Positions 40,101 through 53,500 of a stretch of 64,000 bases of DNA are shown here, piece after piece. This DNA comes from Yuukianura sp. NJ FZ-2021. Taxonomy: Eukaryota. The stretch lies in NCBI GenBank assembly GCA_046563655.1, contig CM102290.1, positions 11,594,001 through 11,658,000 on the forward strand, in the 5' to 3' direction. Numbering within the stretch: the first letter of the stretch is position 1; each line of letters opens with the position of its first letter. Under the pieces are notes generated by a model, which had not been told where the DNA came from, searched no databases, and saw only the letters and a program-made list of their open reading frames with translations. Both the position numbers and the translations under genes were made by a program.

Positions 40101-40411
40101 AGAACAGATTGATTGGAAAGGAATGCGAGATCGGTGTTCGCCAGCGTGTGGTCCACATTCTCACTGGGTCTGTTCTGCTTGTTTGGGACGACGTTGAACG
40201 TATCCTGGTACAACATTCGCATGGGCCTGATGTAAAAATGCAAGTTATTCGTGTGCGAGGAGCTGAATTCAAGGTCATTGGTCTCCTGATTCCCAATAGC
40301 TGTGTACTCCAGCTCCAGCATGTCCTCAAGGATGTCAATTACACTGAAAACAGGAACGAGCTCCTGGAAATGTCTGAACGACTTGGCTACAAACCTATAC
40401 CTGGAGCCTAA
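34120..40411 (+). CDS. sno: Strawberry notch (SBNO1/2 family, helicase-like)
   Basis: [156 protein letters not shown]. Confidence 0.96.
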
Positions 40412-40957
40412 CTAACCAAAAAATGTCTCCATCCCATTTTTCATGTGTTACGGAATGCTATCTGAAGAGTTTTAGCTGTTTTTAGCATTTTGAAGTTAAG
40501 TATCGTATACGGTAGTAAGTAAGTTAACACCTATTTAATTTAATTAACTAACTACCTTATTTTAATAGCGGATAAAATTGTTTAGGTTTACTAAAATACT
40601 CTTCGTTTCTCAACTAAATACTCTCCTATTCTTCAAGTTAGAACTGGAAGTGTAGGACAGTAGTCCTAAAAGTGTGTTGATCTCGCTAAAACTGATAAGC
40701 TTTACTTCCAGTTGTAATTGACAACTGATCATCCATGTTTTTAAGACGTATATTTATTGGTTTACTTAGTTGTTCGTAGATGGGGTTGTGCATTAATTCG
40801 TAGTAAGATTGATCGTACTTTGGCTAAAATTGGCTGTAAACTTTACTTTTAAATTGGAGTTGTGTTAAGCGTTTGATAAAGTGACTCGTGGTAGGGTACA
40901 GGTATAACAGATTGATTCATTTGTATTAGATTAAATGCTACTCGAGGTTCTTATTTC

Positions 40958-43266
40958 TTACTTACGCTTCTTTCGCCCAGCGAAACGAGATGAAGTTGGT
41001 TTTGGTGGTTCAGGAACGGAAATTGAGCCTTCACTGACTTCCGCTGCCAATGGAGACTCAGCAAGAACCTTTTCTGTTTGAATGTAAATGGACAGATCTC
41101 GAATAGTCTCCTGCAGTTCGTCAATTTCCTTTGCACATGACGCACGACTCTGTTCAAAGTTTTTCTCTACTTCCGCCAATCGGTTTTTACAGAAAGTGAG
41201 ATCCTGTGTCATCGTCTTCGCAATGACGAGTTGTTCATCCAACTTCTCTGCAGTTCGTTCATACTTTGCAGTTACTTTTGCCAACTAAAAGTGAATTAAA
41301 ACGAAATGTTTAAATAGCCCTACATTATTTAGAAATTTGTAGTTTTTCTCGCCTTCTTTTCCACGTTCTTCTTCTCTTGGACTAGTTCTCGGATCCTGAC
41401 CTCGGATTCAGCCTTCTCAGATTCCAAGGAATTCAACTTGGCGAGTATTTTAGTCAATTCAGCCTTGTTCTCTTCATCAGCAGTTTGCAACCTCTCTTCA
41501 AAGTAGATTCGTTGAGCCTCCAGCTGCGAAGTGAGCATATGAGTAAACTCAAGCTGTATGTGATCAGCCTTCTCCTCAGCATCAGTCACTTGACCTTCGT
41601 ATCTTCTCACTGACGAATCCACTACTTTCCCATCAATTTTACTCTGGAACAGCCTATGCACGAAAGTATCACCGACGTAGTCCCACACGCGATTGTTGTC
41701 CGGTTGAATAGCATAGGCATGTCCAGTCTCACAGAAATGCCTACGACACAAAAAATCAAACGTAAACCCAAGATCTAAGTCTAGTTTGATCATAGCGACT
41801 GCTTGTTTGAATTAAACTTTACTTGTATGCATGGCCATGGATGTATCGTCCACAACCAACGTGTCCACAAATAAGGCAAATCCAAACCTGATCCTTGGAG
41901 TTGCATTCAACACAGAAGTTTTTAGCAATCATTTCCGGTGTCTGGACATATCGACAGACAGGACACCTAAGAAAATTGAAAGTTCGTGAAAGAGAAAGTT
42001 GAGAGTACTAACAGGAATCTAGGAAGAGTAAAGTGGTGGATAAGGATAAGTTTGCTGAAAAGTAGAAACTAACCCATTGTCACTCCACTGAATGAGACAA
42101 CTCGTGTGGAATGAGTGATTGCAAAGGATTGTTAGAAGTCCTTCGACACTTTCATCCATTCTTTCTAAGCATACAGGACAAGTTGGCAATTCGGTGTGAC
42201 CTGCAATAAACAAAGTAAACAATCATAAGAACTTAGTCTATGCTGATGTGCCTAAATAACTTTTTGGGAAGGGTCACGACTTGAAACTTACCAGTAATCG
42301 GAAATCCAGCTCCGTCACTTTGGTTTACCGTTTCAATTCTCGATACGTAGGCAACAAGGCATATTGGATCCTCAAATGAGTTATACTGCTTCCCATTGTA
42401 CTCATGGTAAAACTGATCAGCACCTGCCTATAATAGAAAATTCACAAGTTCAGTATACAAACTCCGAAATACACAGCATACGAAAACAATTGATGATATC
42501 AACTGCTTACCTGTTCATTAAACTTGAGCACAGCCATGTAATGATTGGGCGAATTATCACGAATAATTTTGATGTGTTCAATTGCTCCTTTGAAAGGAGA
42601 CACGAACGTTAGAAAGTCAGAACAGCTGACAGTAGTTGGAATGGCCATGACGCATAACATTTCACTCCTCGGGGCTTTAGAAGAGGGATCCATGTAGAGC
42701 CGATCACTGAAACATAGATTCATGGTTTTAGTTTTCAACATGCAATGCTGTAAGTGATTCGTAAAGTAAAACTATCAAATTGAAGCGTGTCATACTTGTC
42801 TTTGTATAGATGCAGAATACCCTTGGTGACTTCAACGTAGGGATTGCCCGAGACAAAATTTACAGCTTCAACCGGCATTGAAGCTTCGGCCTTCCCATCG
42901 GATTTGTTTGTTTCAGGCTCTGGGGCAGTCACAAATGTGGAGATCGTAAGATCTTGCTGCTTCCGTTGACCAGCCACGGCCTGTGGGTTGACTTGCGTTC
43001 CTTGAATACTTTTAGAGGCTGGAACGCCCCGTCCTTTTGACATCATCTCCTTGTACTCGTTAGCTGAAAGTTAAACAAAATTCTCATTAAAACAACCAAA
43101 AAACACCTCAGAAGTTGCAATTTAAGGTAACCAAACATTTCGCCTGATGTAACTACTTCAATAATAGCTTACAGTAATATGTTAAAGATTCTATTCGCCC
43201 AAGTTCCTTTTCCTTTGCAGAATCGTCCACTTCAATGATGATCACACAAAATGATATTATTGACAT
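40958..43266 (-). CDS. BRAP: BRCA1-associated protein BRAP2/IMP (BRAP2 domain, RING, UBP zinc finger, coiled coil)
   Basis: [109 protein letters not shown] at 43266. Confidence 0.95.
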
Positions 43267-43999
43267 TGGATTACAGACCAAATACTGCAAATGTCATTTG
43301 CAGCTGATTTCTAAATAAGTTGTAATAAGTGCTAGCGAACTGTAGATAGCTACGCTTGTAATCAAGTTCTGAAAATTAAATATAACCTGAGTTTAAGACA
43401 GATGTTTCACTGATGAAACGAGTGTACTAAACGTTGAAAAATTGAAAAGTTAGTTTGAAATTTCTAGAAAAGAGCAGAAAAGAAAACGCAAAAGTCAGCC
43501 GATTTACAGAGTGCTGCGAATGTCGGCAGATTTTAAACCACTCAGCCTGCTACGTATGGGCGATTTCGTTGTTGAAATTTACAGGTGGACTAGTTTTGAT
43601 TCATATTAGTAAATTACCCAAATATTATAAATGCGACCGCATAGTGGGCTTACGTTATGTAGAATCTTTATTTATCGAGTCGCATTATTTTAAGTAAACT
43701 ATACTGGCATAACCCTATAAATTTCTACCAACAAATATGCAATAATGCAATAGTTGTTCCATGGAAGTGTATTTATAAGTTTCTACTTTTAGTAGACGTT
43801 TATTAATGCGTGATTATAGCTATGAGTTAGTGGAGTTAGTGGTTAAGTTTATCTTAGGTTATTTAGGTTATTAAATGAAAAGTATTACATGCATCACCCT
43901 TGACACACGCATCAACGTGTGTCAAATCATGATTTACAATATCATGAAAGCGTTTTGCAGGTTTTTGAAGTTAACCGTACATTCTAACGTATACTAGAA

Positions 44000-44123
44000 G
44001 CGCATCTGGTTTGGGAAGAGAAATCATTTCTTCTCCCTCTCTTTTCCATGAGTTCAATGATAAATACACAGAGACGGAGGAGAAGGAGACGGTTTTCTTT
44101 TTCTCAATTCAAACCAGATGCGC
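44000..44123. repeat. Inverted repeat / long imperfect hairpin
   Basis: GCGCATCTGGTTTG (44000-44013) is the exact reverse complement of CAAACCAGATGCGC (44110-44123). Inner purine and pyrimidine tracts pair imperfectly. Confidence 0.8.
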
Positions 44124-46312
44124 CCCAAGAGTCAAAAGAGGGTAGGTGTGTGAAACAGTAAAATTGGTGCCGACGACAGAACCGATTGCGATTGGCGAAC
44201 AGCTGATGCCGATCTGTACCACAAAAGGACTGTTGTGCTCTGTTGTGTTGTGTCGTCATCAATGCCAAACAAAGTTGGTTGTGGCGGTAACTACTCAGAT
44301 TGGATACTAACCAGTCACTCCACGACGATGACGGTAGTGAGTGGCACGGCCCACGACCTCGGCCTCAGTCACATGTCACACCCTGTCCGGAAGCCAGTGT
44401 CATGTCTAGGATTATGTACAAGTCAACTTATTTTGGACGATCAGCTTTGAAATCGAATTAACCAACGTAAGAACTTTTAAGATTTATTTTATAGTACTTT
44501 TCGGCTTCCATGTTTAAGATTCGTCCCAGTCGTCGGCTTTCTAAGCCGGGCTCTACTCTAATCCTTACATCCACAGGAATCGTGGTAGTTTAATGTTAAT
44601 TATCATAATTTCAGGGAGTAACGTAGCAGCTTATTATATTCTGAACTAATATCTGACTGGCATCGGTCGTCGATACACGTAAAGGTAGTTATTGCATTTC
44701 TTCTTATTTGCTATTTTACAAACAACGTGGTTTAGAAATTAACTGAACCCGTTTGTTTAGTTTTTAGCGGTGACGTGCAAGCATCTTTTAGTATGCATTT
44801 TCTCATACTCAACCAATAATGGAACTTTCCATAAATTCGCAATCAAGGATTTTGCCTTTTTCCTTTATAACGTTTGTTTTCTAGTCAATTCTCAATTTAT
44901 TTTTGGTGAAAGCGATTAAGCAAACATATATCAAAAGTTAAAAAGTTAAATTCCTAATAGCATTAACCGAAGACACTGTGTTTTTAATTCAATTCAATTC
45001 GTGAAACGCATCTAAAGACTAGTCTCCCAAGGGCAAGATAAAGGAAAACGAAGTTTCTTCTGGGTCAAAATACAAATCCTGATATACGCAAAGCAGCGCA
45101 GAATCTTCCAGATCCGAATCCAGAAAGTCCTCTGGTTTGTTCGTACCCGGTTTCTCGTTCAGTTCCAATTCGGATGTGCACAGGCAAGAGCCTAAAGTCA
45201 GCCGGCTCCTCAAACGTCAAAACTTTCTTAGCCTTGCCTCTTATTACAAAAAGAGGATAAGATCACAAAATCTAGTTGATCTTCTGGATGGATTAGTATT
45301 GGTCCTCATTTTCGTTAATCCTGACTAGGCTATCCCAAAAATTACTCCGAAAGTTTCAATTTGAAACTGAAGCAATAATAATCATTGAAATTTGAGTTTT
45401 GCGTTTTGTAAACACGAATCGATTTCCGGTGGCAGGCAGCAGGACGAGGCTAAAAGTGAGTTGGAATTTATGCATTATTTGGAGCAATCTAGCCTCCGCT
45501 ACATTTGCTTTTCCCTTGCTGAGAACCTTGTTCAATTATTCCGGCTCTTTAATAATTTCATGGATATTGACTGAAGCAATTCCAGGGAGAATCAAAGGTC
45601 AATTTGACTTTTAGAAACATTTGAGTTTTCTATTAGTATTCTGCAACTTCAAGTTTACCTTAACATTAAAATAACATCGGTTTTGTTTTTATTTCAGTTT
45701 TGCATCACCCGTGCTTCCACCACCACTGCCGAGACTGACTGAAACCACTGTTGTGACAAACAAATCCATCGAAGTTGAAAATGAAGCCATAACGTTAAGC
45801 AACCTCTGTTGTAGTTGTTGGCCTTCAAACTCATGCAAATACTCGTCTAAGCCTTTTTAAAGGTTTTTTCTAAAGCCTTGTAGTTGTAACTTCATTCTTC
45901 AAGACTTTTTAAGTGGATAACGGCAACATTCTGCTTTGAAACTGTTTGTTGGTGCCCCAGTTTTGCAATAGCTGCGTTTGCCATCGGTTTCGTCTCCATT
46001 CATTTGCCTTCAGTCATCAGCTCCCTCCCTTTGCTGCAGCTAACTACGGAAGCTAGCACCACATTCAACAGTACTTCTAAGCAATGTATCACATGTTACA
46101 ATTGAAATAAGGAACAGCAAGTCAACGGTAATCCAAGTATTGGAACACTTCGTAACGTACAAGAGGAATGCTGAAGCCTAAGCTCAAAATGATCTGGAAA
46201 TAATCTCTTTGGAATTTGGAGCTCACTCGACTTCATCTCCAGCAAAAGACTCTCATTACGGATCAACATTTTCCCTGGAAGAGGATCTACAGCAACATAA
46301 TCCACCGGAAGA

Positions 46313-48523
46313 ATGCGTATAGACTGGATTGATGCTGGAATCCTGTTCTTCGTAGGAACTATCATTTTCCCTATCTCCTTTGTCCTGCAACGCTTTTGGT
46401 GGAGAAAGACTAAAGCCGGTCAGGCTGCAGCTCAGGAATTCAATCTCAGCGACAAGGACACTGTCGACATTTGCAATAAGTAAGTTGTTCATCAATTTGA
46501 ACAAAAATTTGTAAATAATCTTCGTATTTTATAGAAATTTTGAACTCGGTGGGAATTTGTTCTATGTTGAATCAGGCGTGATTGATTTTTCTTTACTACT
46601 GGTTGAGGAGGCAGATTGTAATTGATTGGAAATTAATTGAATTCAACTTAATCCAATGATTTTGGCAGGGAGCTTAATGAATCCCTAATTACTCTATTTC
46701 TGGCTTTTGGCAGTGATAGATTGATTGAATTAAAGTTTCATTAATCCAATGAATGCTTAGTTTTTGTTTCTAGATTTGATTTTGTTTCTGGATTTTCAGG
46801 ATCAGAAAACTCTAAAAAGCGACGAGGTAGGAGGTTTTTAGACTAAAAGTTTTGTCGTCAATGTGCAAATTCTTGGAAAACTTTTGTGTCGCTTTCGTTT
46901 TATACTTCTAAATGGAGTAAAAGAAAAGTTTTTAGCCTTTGTCAAACTGGATCAAGTTATTCAAAAAGTTTTTCTTTTGTTCTCTAGAATCGTGTCCTCG
47001 CTGCAAGCGATTTGTGCTGGCGTTTCTGGATGGATTATATGCATCAACACAGGTGAAACTTTATAATGGACGCTCTAAAGTCTTCTTGTGAAATTGAACA
47101 CCCATAATGGCTTTCTGTTGACGTCTTTTGTTACTTTTACTGTAGGTCATGATGTCCTACACTCCGAAGACTCCATGTCGATTATCTACGCTTGGTTTGG
47201 CATACCCTATTTTATTTACGACACATTCTGTATGTACTACGTGTTCACTTACACTCTTCCTGAGGAGCAGCAAAGAAGAAACGGGGTCTGGAAGTTCTTA
47301 AAATTCATTCGGAAGTCGCCAGTCATTTTCTTTCATCATATGATCATGGCTCCAGTTGGATGGACTCTCATTGTCGTAAGTCTCAAAAAACCGGGAATGA
47401 ATGACGGCTAAACATCAGCGTCAAGCCTTGACGTTGAGTTTCCATGATTTATCTGATTTTGCTGGTTTCTTGTCATTCTTCCTCGTCTGATTCTCCAAAG
47501 TCTTCCATTTCTGTCAGAAACGACCATCATGATGGGAAGTTTCTGATGGAAATGGAAGAGAAAGTGACTCGTAATGGATGACGGCTGGAGGAAGCTCTTT
47601 GGGTTACAACAAGGAAGTTATGAATATGAAATATGAATAGGCCGTAAATGGAAGCAAGCGATTTTGAAAACACTGAAAGCGAAAGCAGGAAGACATCTAC
47701 GTCTAGAGTATTTTTTTCCGTGGTTGTTTTGAGAAAGTTTGCTGAGTGAATTTGTTCTACTCACTTTCTCATTTTCAATTCTTTGTACAGTTTTACCGTG
47801 ACAAATTGGAACCTGGTGACTTCTTCGTGGGCATCATCTATATGATGGAGTGCAGTACGCCATTTGTATCTTTTCGATTTGTACTGAGCAAACTTAAGGT
47901 AAAACTCGAAAGATTTCCAAGTTTTCATTTTTTCTTGTGGATATTGATTTATAACTTTCGTTTTTCAGATGAAGAACTCCCCGATGTACATTCTGAATGG
48001 AGTGGTGATGCTAATCAGTTTTCCAGTCTTTCGAATCCTGAGTGTGGCCTATGCAGCTCATCTTTATAGTCAGCAAAACAATTACGCAAATATATTGATG
48101 GTGAGATTCGTTTTGCATTTTTAGTGCTATAAGCTTTTTACAAAGTTTTACGAGCAGGGATTGAGTATCCAATCAGCTTTCTCCATGTGACTTCAATTAT
48201 ATTGGCAGTTTTTCTTTTTCAAAATGAAGTTAGAATTTCAATTTGTTCTAAACAATTTCCAGGGAATCTGGTCGATCCCGTTCCATTGGAAGGTGATATG
48301 GGTGACAGCAGTAGCGCCTCAAGTCTATTGGTTCTATCTCATGTGGAGGGGACTCATGAAGATATTTTTACCGCCAAGACCAAAAACCGTAACTGAAGAG
48401 ACGATCACTTCGTATTCACTTGAAACGAAAGATCTTCTGACTACTACTGTGTCAGCTGACATGATAATTCGAAGTACAACGAGGCAAGTACAACTGATCA
48501 AGCAGAAGGAAAAAGTGACGTAG
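46313..48523 (+). CDS. TLC (TRAM/LAG1/CLN8) domain membrane protein, FAM57/TLCD3-like
   Basis: Six exons: MRIDWIDAG...ICNKIVSSLQAICAGVSG...YAWFGIPYFIYDTFCMY...IFFHHMIM...GDFFVGIIYMMECSTPFVS...NGVVMLISFPVFRI...APQVYWFYLM. Confidence 0.9.
47501..47559 (+). ncRNA. Candidate pre-miRNA-like intronic hairpin
   Basis: 21-bp stem TCTTCCATTTCTGTCAGAAAC / GTTTCTGATGGAAATGGAAGA (19 Watson-Crick plus 2 G:U pairs on the + strand) around a 17-nt inner segment. Lies in an intron of the TLC gene. No expression evidence. Confidence 0.35.
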
Positions 48524-48724
48524 AATTTCAGATGTCGTCAGAGAAGGCTCTGGCGTTTCCCATTTTTAGTCTTTGCGATGACCACTCACGCCTTTTATTA
48601 GTTTCTAAGGAAACCTCACGGTAAAACCGCAGCCTTTCTTTTGTTTCTAATAAAGACATGCACCAATCTTTCGTTTCTACTAACTTGGTCATTTGATATC
48701 ATCATCTTCCGATTTTCGGCCGGG

Positions 48725-50441
48725 ATGTCCAAGGAACGCGTGCGAACGTCAGTGGACCACGGGGCTGAGGAGAAGCCAGGACACTCTGGAGCTAGGCGAC
48801 ACAGCAAAGATCCGGATCATCCTGACAAAGAACACAGAGATCGTCCTCGTGCGACTAAATTTGTGGCTTTTGGACCTGGACGACAGTTGCCTCATGGATT
48901 GGAAAAAGACGAGCGTCGGACGAGTGTAGACGAAAAGTCTAAAAACGAAGATCCGACAAGGCCGTACTGGGAAATTGAGCTTCTCAAAGGAGCTCATCAC
49001 CTTCGACGACATGAAATGGATTTTCGGAAGTACAAGTTGAGACAACGCAGAATCGCTGAATGGGTTCGTCGTAAAAGTTCAATTTACATTACGTCTGGTG
49101 GAGATGACTTGTCACTACGGTCAATGGGGACGATCTATGACGGTAAGAGCTGTAACAATTATGATGAATTTAGTTAGGTTTTAGATTAATTACAACTCAA
49201 TTATTAAGTTATGCCGTAACTGAATATTTTTGGATTCTATCACAGGTCCAGTTCCAGACGATGTGTCACCGGCTCTGACGTTACTCAACGGAATTGACAA
49301 GCTCATTTTGCTGCCCAAGGAACTCATACATGATGCAATTAGTAAGCTCTTTTACAACACATGCGTAGTGACATTTTAAGATTCGCGTTCGTATTTCAAA
49401 GTGTTTTTACTTTTTCAGTGCCCTGGAACTCTAATATCAGTAGATACTTTGTGTTGATGGATGTGACTGGACACAATCGTTACAGACTGGAAGAAGTTCG
49501 ACACTGCTGTAAAAAACCGGAGCTGCTCATATACGATACTTTTCTGCATCACAAACTTGGACGGATCCAGCGTCTCGGAAGGACTCTAAAACGGAAAGCG
49601 GTAAAAGTGTTGCTAAAATCGTAGTCTTGACGTCCTAAAAACGTTTTACCTAAACTTTTTTTTCTTGTGGACTGTAGGGCATGGACGTATACTCTCCGCC
49701 GACACACTTCGTCGGTTCTGTAGAACAAAGCTGGAAGTGCCGTCCAACGTTTTATGTTCGGGACCAATACGATGCTCTTCTTTTCACGATCAAGTTGGAC
49801 AAATGGGTGTGTTGTCTTCGGCGTGCTGACCAAATGAAAATTAATTTTACGGTAAAAGAAAATAGACTACAAAAGTGTCTTTTGTTAAAGTCTGTCGCTA
49901 AATCGTTCCGATGTTTCCCTGTTTGAAGTGTTTTGACTTAAATATTATTTATATATTTTTATCTACATATATTATTATTTAATTTACAGGTAAGGACTCC
50001 AGAAGGAGATGAGCAAGGTCGAATACGTGCTGATTGGGATGACCTGACCTACATTTTGTTCCAAGACAGGAAGCTGTACGGGGTCGAATTTCCTGTGGAC
50101 ATGGATGTTGTACACAAGTTGCTTCTGGTTACGGCTGAAATTTTAGTTGTAAGTGCGCCACTAATATTGTAATAGACAGTCTGTAAATACTGAATTCACT
50201 TAGCTTATACATTACATTACAATTGACTACTTTTTTTGAATTTCAGTATTACTCAGTCTACGAAGGGAAGATTCTGAAACAAGTGATTCACATTCATAAA
50301 GAAGCTACAAAGGAGTACATTGAGTATCAAGTTCTGTGTGGAAACGACAACGATGCGGGCATGGATGCAATCAGCTCGGTTGGTTCCGGCTCAGATACGG
50401 AAGTTATTCAGCCGCTTGTTGATTTAGAAAATGTGAGGTAG
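48725..50441 (+). CDS. Divergent phospholipid scramblase-family protein
   Basis: Joined exons give PVPDDVSPALTLLNGIDKL...SRYFVLMD...MDVYSPPTHFVGSVEQSWKCRPTFYVRD...GRIRADW...YGVEFPVDMDVVHKLLLV, which aligns by eye with PLSCR motifs (PPGLEYL..ID, APPG..IG.V.Q.W...P.F, FGIQFPLDLDV.MKA). Confidence 0.75.
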
Positions 50442-50598
50442 CAAATGAACGCTTGGCGCTTAGAGTCAAATTGAAAATAATTCCATTCTTAATCCTTTCC
50501 ATTCATAAAACACTTCATTGACTGCCTAAAATTTTATTTGTGGAAATTCTGGAATAGGATTTTAGACGTTTTTAATATAAGCTTTTCAAGTGTGTCTT

Positions 50599-53500
50599 TT
50601 AAAACCGTGGTCGCTTGCCGACTACCAGCGGCGGATGCCAAGGATGTGTATTAAGATGAAGCTTTTCCTGGAGCAGTTGGTCCAACATTTCATCATTTCC
50701 ATCGGAAATATCAAGGTGCGTTACACATTTCAGTAATTCTTGAACCTAATTTTCAAATCTGGCGAGTGAATTGCAAAACCTAAGACAAATGAGTGGAAAA
50801 AAGTTTTATTTTCGTTTTTTTAGTTACCTGGCGAGCAACATCCTTGACATCCAAATTTCTAGCTGACGTTAATTTTTCCGTGGCTTCATTGAATGGAAAA
50901 ATACGAACCCAGTTTCCTTGTACTGCGGGTGAATTCGTTTGCCAGTCTGGACTCTTTAGGATTAAGCCTGGCCGTAATGGAGTTCTTACCGAATTAGAAC
51001 GTTTCTGTTGTCGGTCTAAAAGTTGTTCAGCACATAGTCAATTCCGATCTAAACTGTAAAATCTTGGTGTCGGTAACGACTATGCTTACGCTTTACTGGA
51101 ACTGTGACTACGACGGGGTAGCGGATGCGATTTGACATGTAGTTGTAGTTGGCCAGTGGAACTTGGGAATGAGAGTCAAAAAATGTATGAACGTTATGCT
51201 GAAATCCATAGATCAGTTTCACCACTTCTTTGTACGCATGTGTTGGACCACTGATGTGAGCTATGGGAGAGGCTTGTTGTCCATCACTGGTTTCAGGACT
51301 GATTTCAGCACCTACCGCTGACAAGCTCCCGTCCTCTGCTCTTGTTTTTCCTAAAAAACGTTTTCCAAATCTGTTTAGATTTCGTTAATTTTTGGCTTTG
51401 TTTAAGTGTTGTCTAGCCTGGTGAGCCTTCGGCTTCAGAAGATACGACAGTCTCCGACTCGTCTTCGGAACACGACTCGTACGGGTCCTGGCTTGTTTTT
51501 CTGGAGCCAACTGGGTGTGTCGGTGAATTGACGAACGTTATTGGATTGGAGTCCAAGTAGCTCTGGAGGAAGCGCCCGTCTGGAAGGTTTAACAGGTCAA
51601 AAAGGTCATGGAGCATGCGCTTCTTGACGATCCGGTCCACTTCACAGTCATTGCTCAAGCTCGGATTTGAATTGACCTTGAACGAAAGATCAGAGTTAGC
51701 CTATAGTGAATTAATACACAGCGAACATACCTCAATTAGCAGTGGTCGCAGCGTCCGGTCAACCAGGATGTCAAATCCCATTAGGAAGAACGTCTTTAGG
51801 CGTGTAGCGTCGTTGACCTTTGACACCAGTGTTGCGTCTCCAATTATTGTCAGCACCAAGATGGAAGCAATTCGCTGCCAAAGAACCCAGTCGCGAACTC
51901 CCTTTTCTCGAAAATGGTGGCGCAGTTTGCACAGGCTCCACTTGCAACCTACGTAAAATATTTACATGTTAAAATCCTAACGTAATGACTCCTAGCATAA
52001 CATAAAATAATATAACACAAAATCATGTCCAACATAGACCTACCCAATGTAAATATTTACAAAAATAACGTAACGTAAATCTCACTAGCATTACGCTTTG
52101 TTGCACTTAAAGTGACATACCTCGGCCTACGCCCGTCTTATTCTTGTAGTACGCCGGACTCAGCTTGTTTACCGAAGAATTCGTGAGGTGAGCAAATGGA
52201 TTTTGTAAATTTTTGAGGTCAAAGGGCAACGTAGCAAATCTTACGAGTCCCTCTCTGTAGGCGTAGAACACAAGCGGCTGTAGTGAAGTTATTGTCACGT
52301 AGATTCGAAGGTCCCACTTGTATGGTCCAATCAGTAATGGTCGTGTAATGTACTCTTGTACGACGGAACGACGGTTGTAACTTAAGCTCGTAACGGTCTG
52401 GAATCAAAAATTGAATTATGAATTGCTTCTTACATTATGTTTTTTTTTAAACTTTGTTTCATTCGAAACCAAAAATTTCGACTTTTACATCAAAGACGCT
52501 GATTCCTTTCCCCTGACTTTTTCCAACTGGTTTGCAAATCCAAATGGGTTGGGATTCGACGTCTATCGGTTTTTGAACTGGCGTTCCAACATAGTGCGTC
52601 CGATCCCAAAATGTCCAGAACGCTTTGGACTTGCGCTTTGTATGCTCTATGCAAAGCTTTGCGTATTCCGAAGGAACATTGAAAGTAAGCGGACTGGAAT
52701 TGAAAAAAAAAATTAGAAAATCGTAAAAATTATATTCATGTGAATTTCGGACGATTCATGAAGAAAAATTCAAAATTCAGACAAAATACCGAAATGAATC
52801 GAATTTTCCCGCCATGAAATTTAGCAATTGACCCACCATAGGTCGAATATGTCTCCGTATGTGTTGCGCAGTCTCCGCAAGTATCTCGTACAAGTATCCT
52901 TGGAGGTGTAGCTGAAGTTGCGAATCATGCGATTGGTCAACTGCCACGAACTGAAGCATTGGACGTGACTGGCTCCGCAGTTTGTGAGTGACCACCAGAA
53001 GTTCCAATGTTGACCTACTGGGAAATGGAACCCCCTGTCTAAACACCCATCAAGGTCACATTCATTGTACTCCTTCCAGCCTCGCTCCAAGCACACCTAG
53101 GAAATGACAGAAACACGACATGAAACATTAGACTATAGAATCCATTAGGCTAAAAGCCCAGCAACAGGAAAAACGATTTGACCCACATCCCACACAAGTT
53201 CCAAGTTGTTGTTGATTTCCAAAATTAAGGAAATTGGAAAATGGCGACTATAATTTTAGTCTATAATTTTATGTTCCATTTTAGGCTAAAAGGTTACACA
53301 GATTTAGAGTCTAATTCTAAAAATATACAATGTGTGAATGATAAATCGATTCTGTCATCTCCGTATCTGCATTGCTAATCAAATTGTTCCTGTCACAAAC
53401 AATAAAATGAGCAGAGGTGACATGAGTAATTTTTAAGAAGAAAACAACTTTTATTCGGAGATATTTTTTCAACTTTTTTCTTCTTTTTTGAAATATTTCG

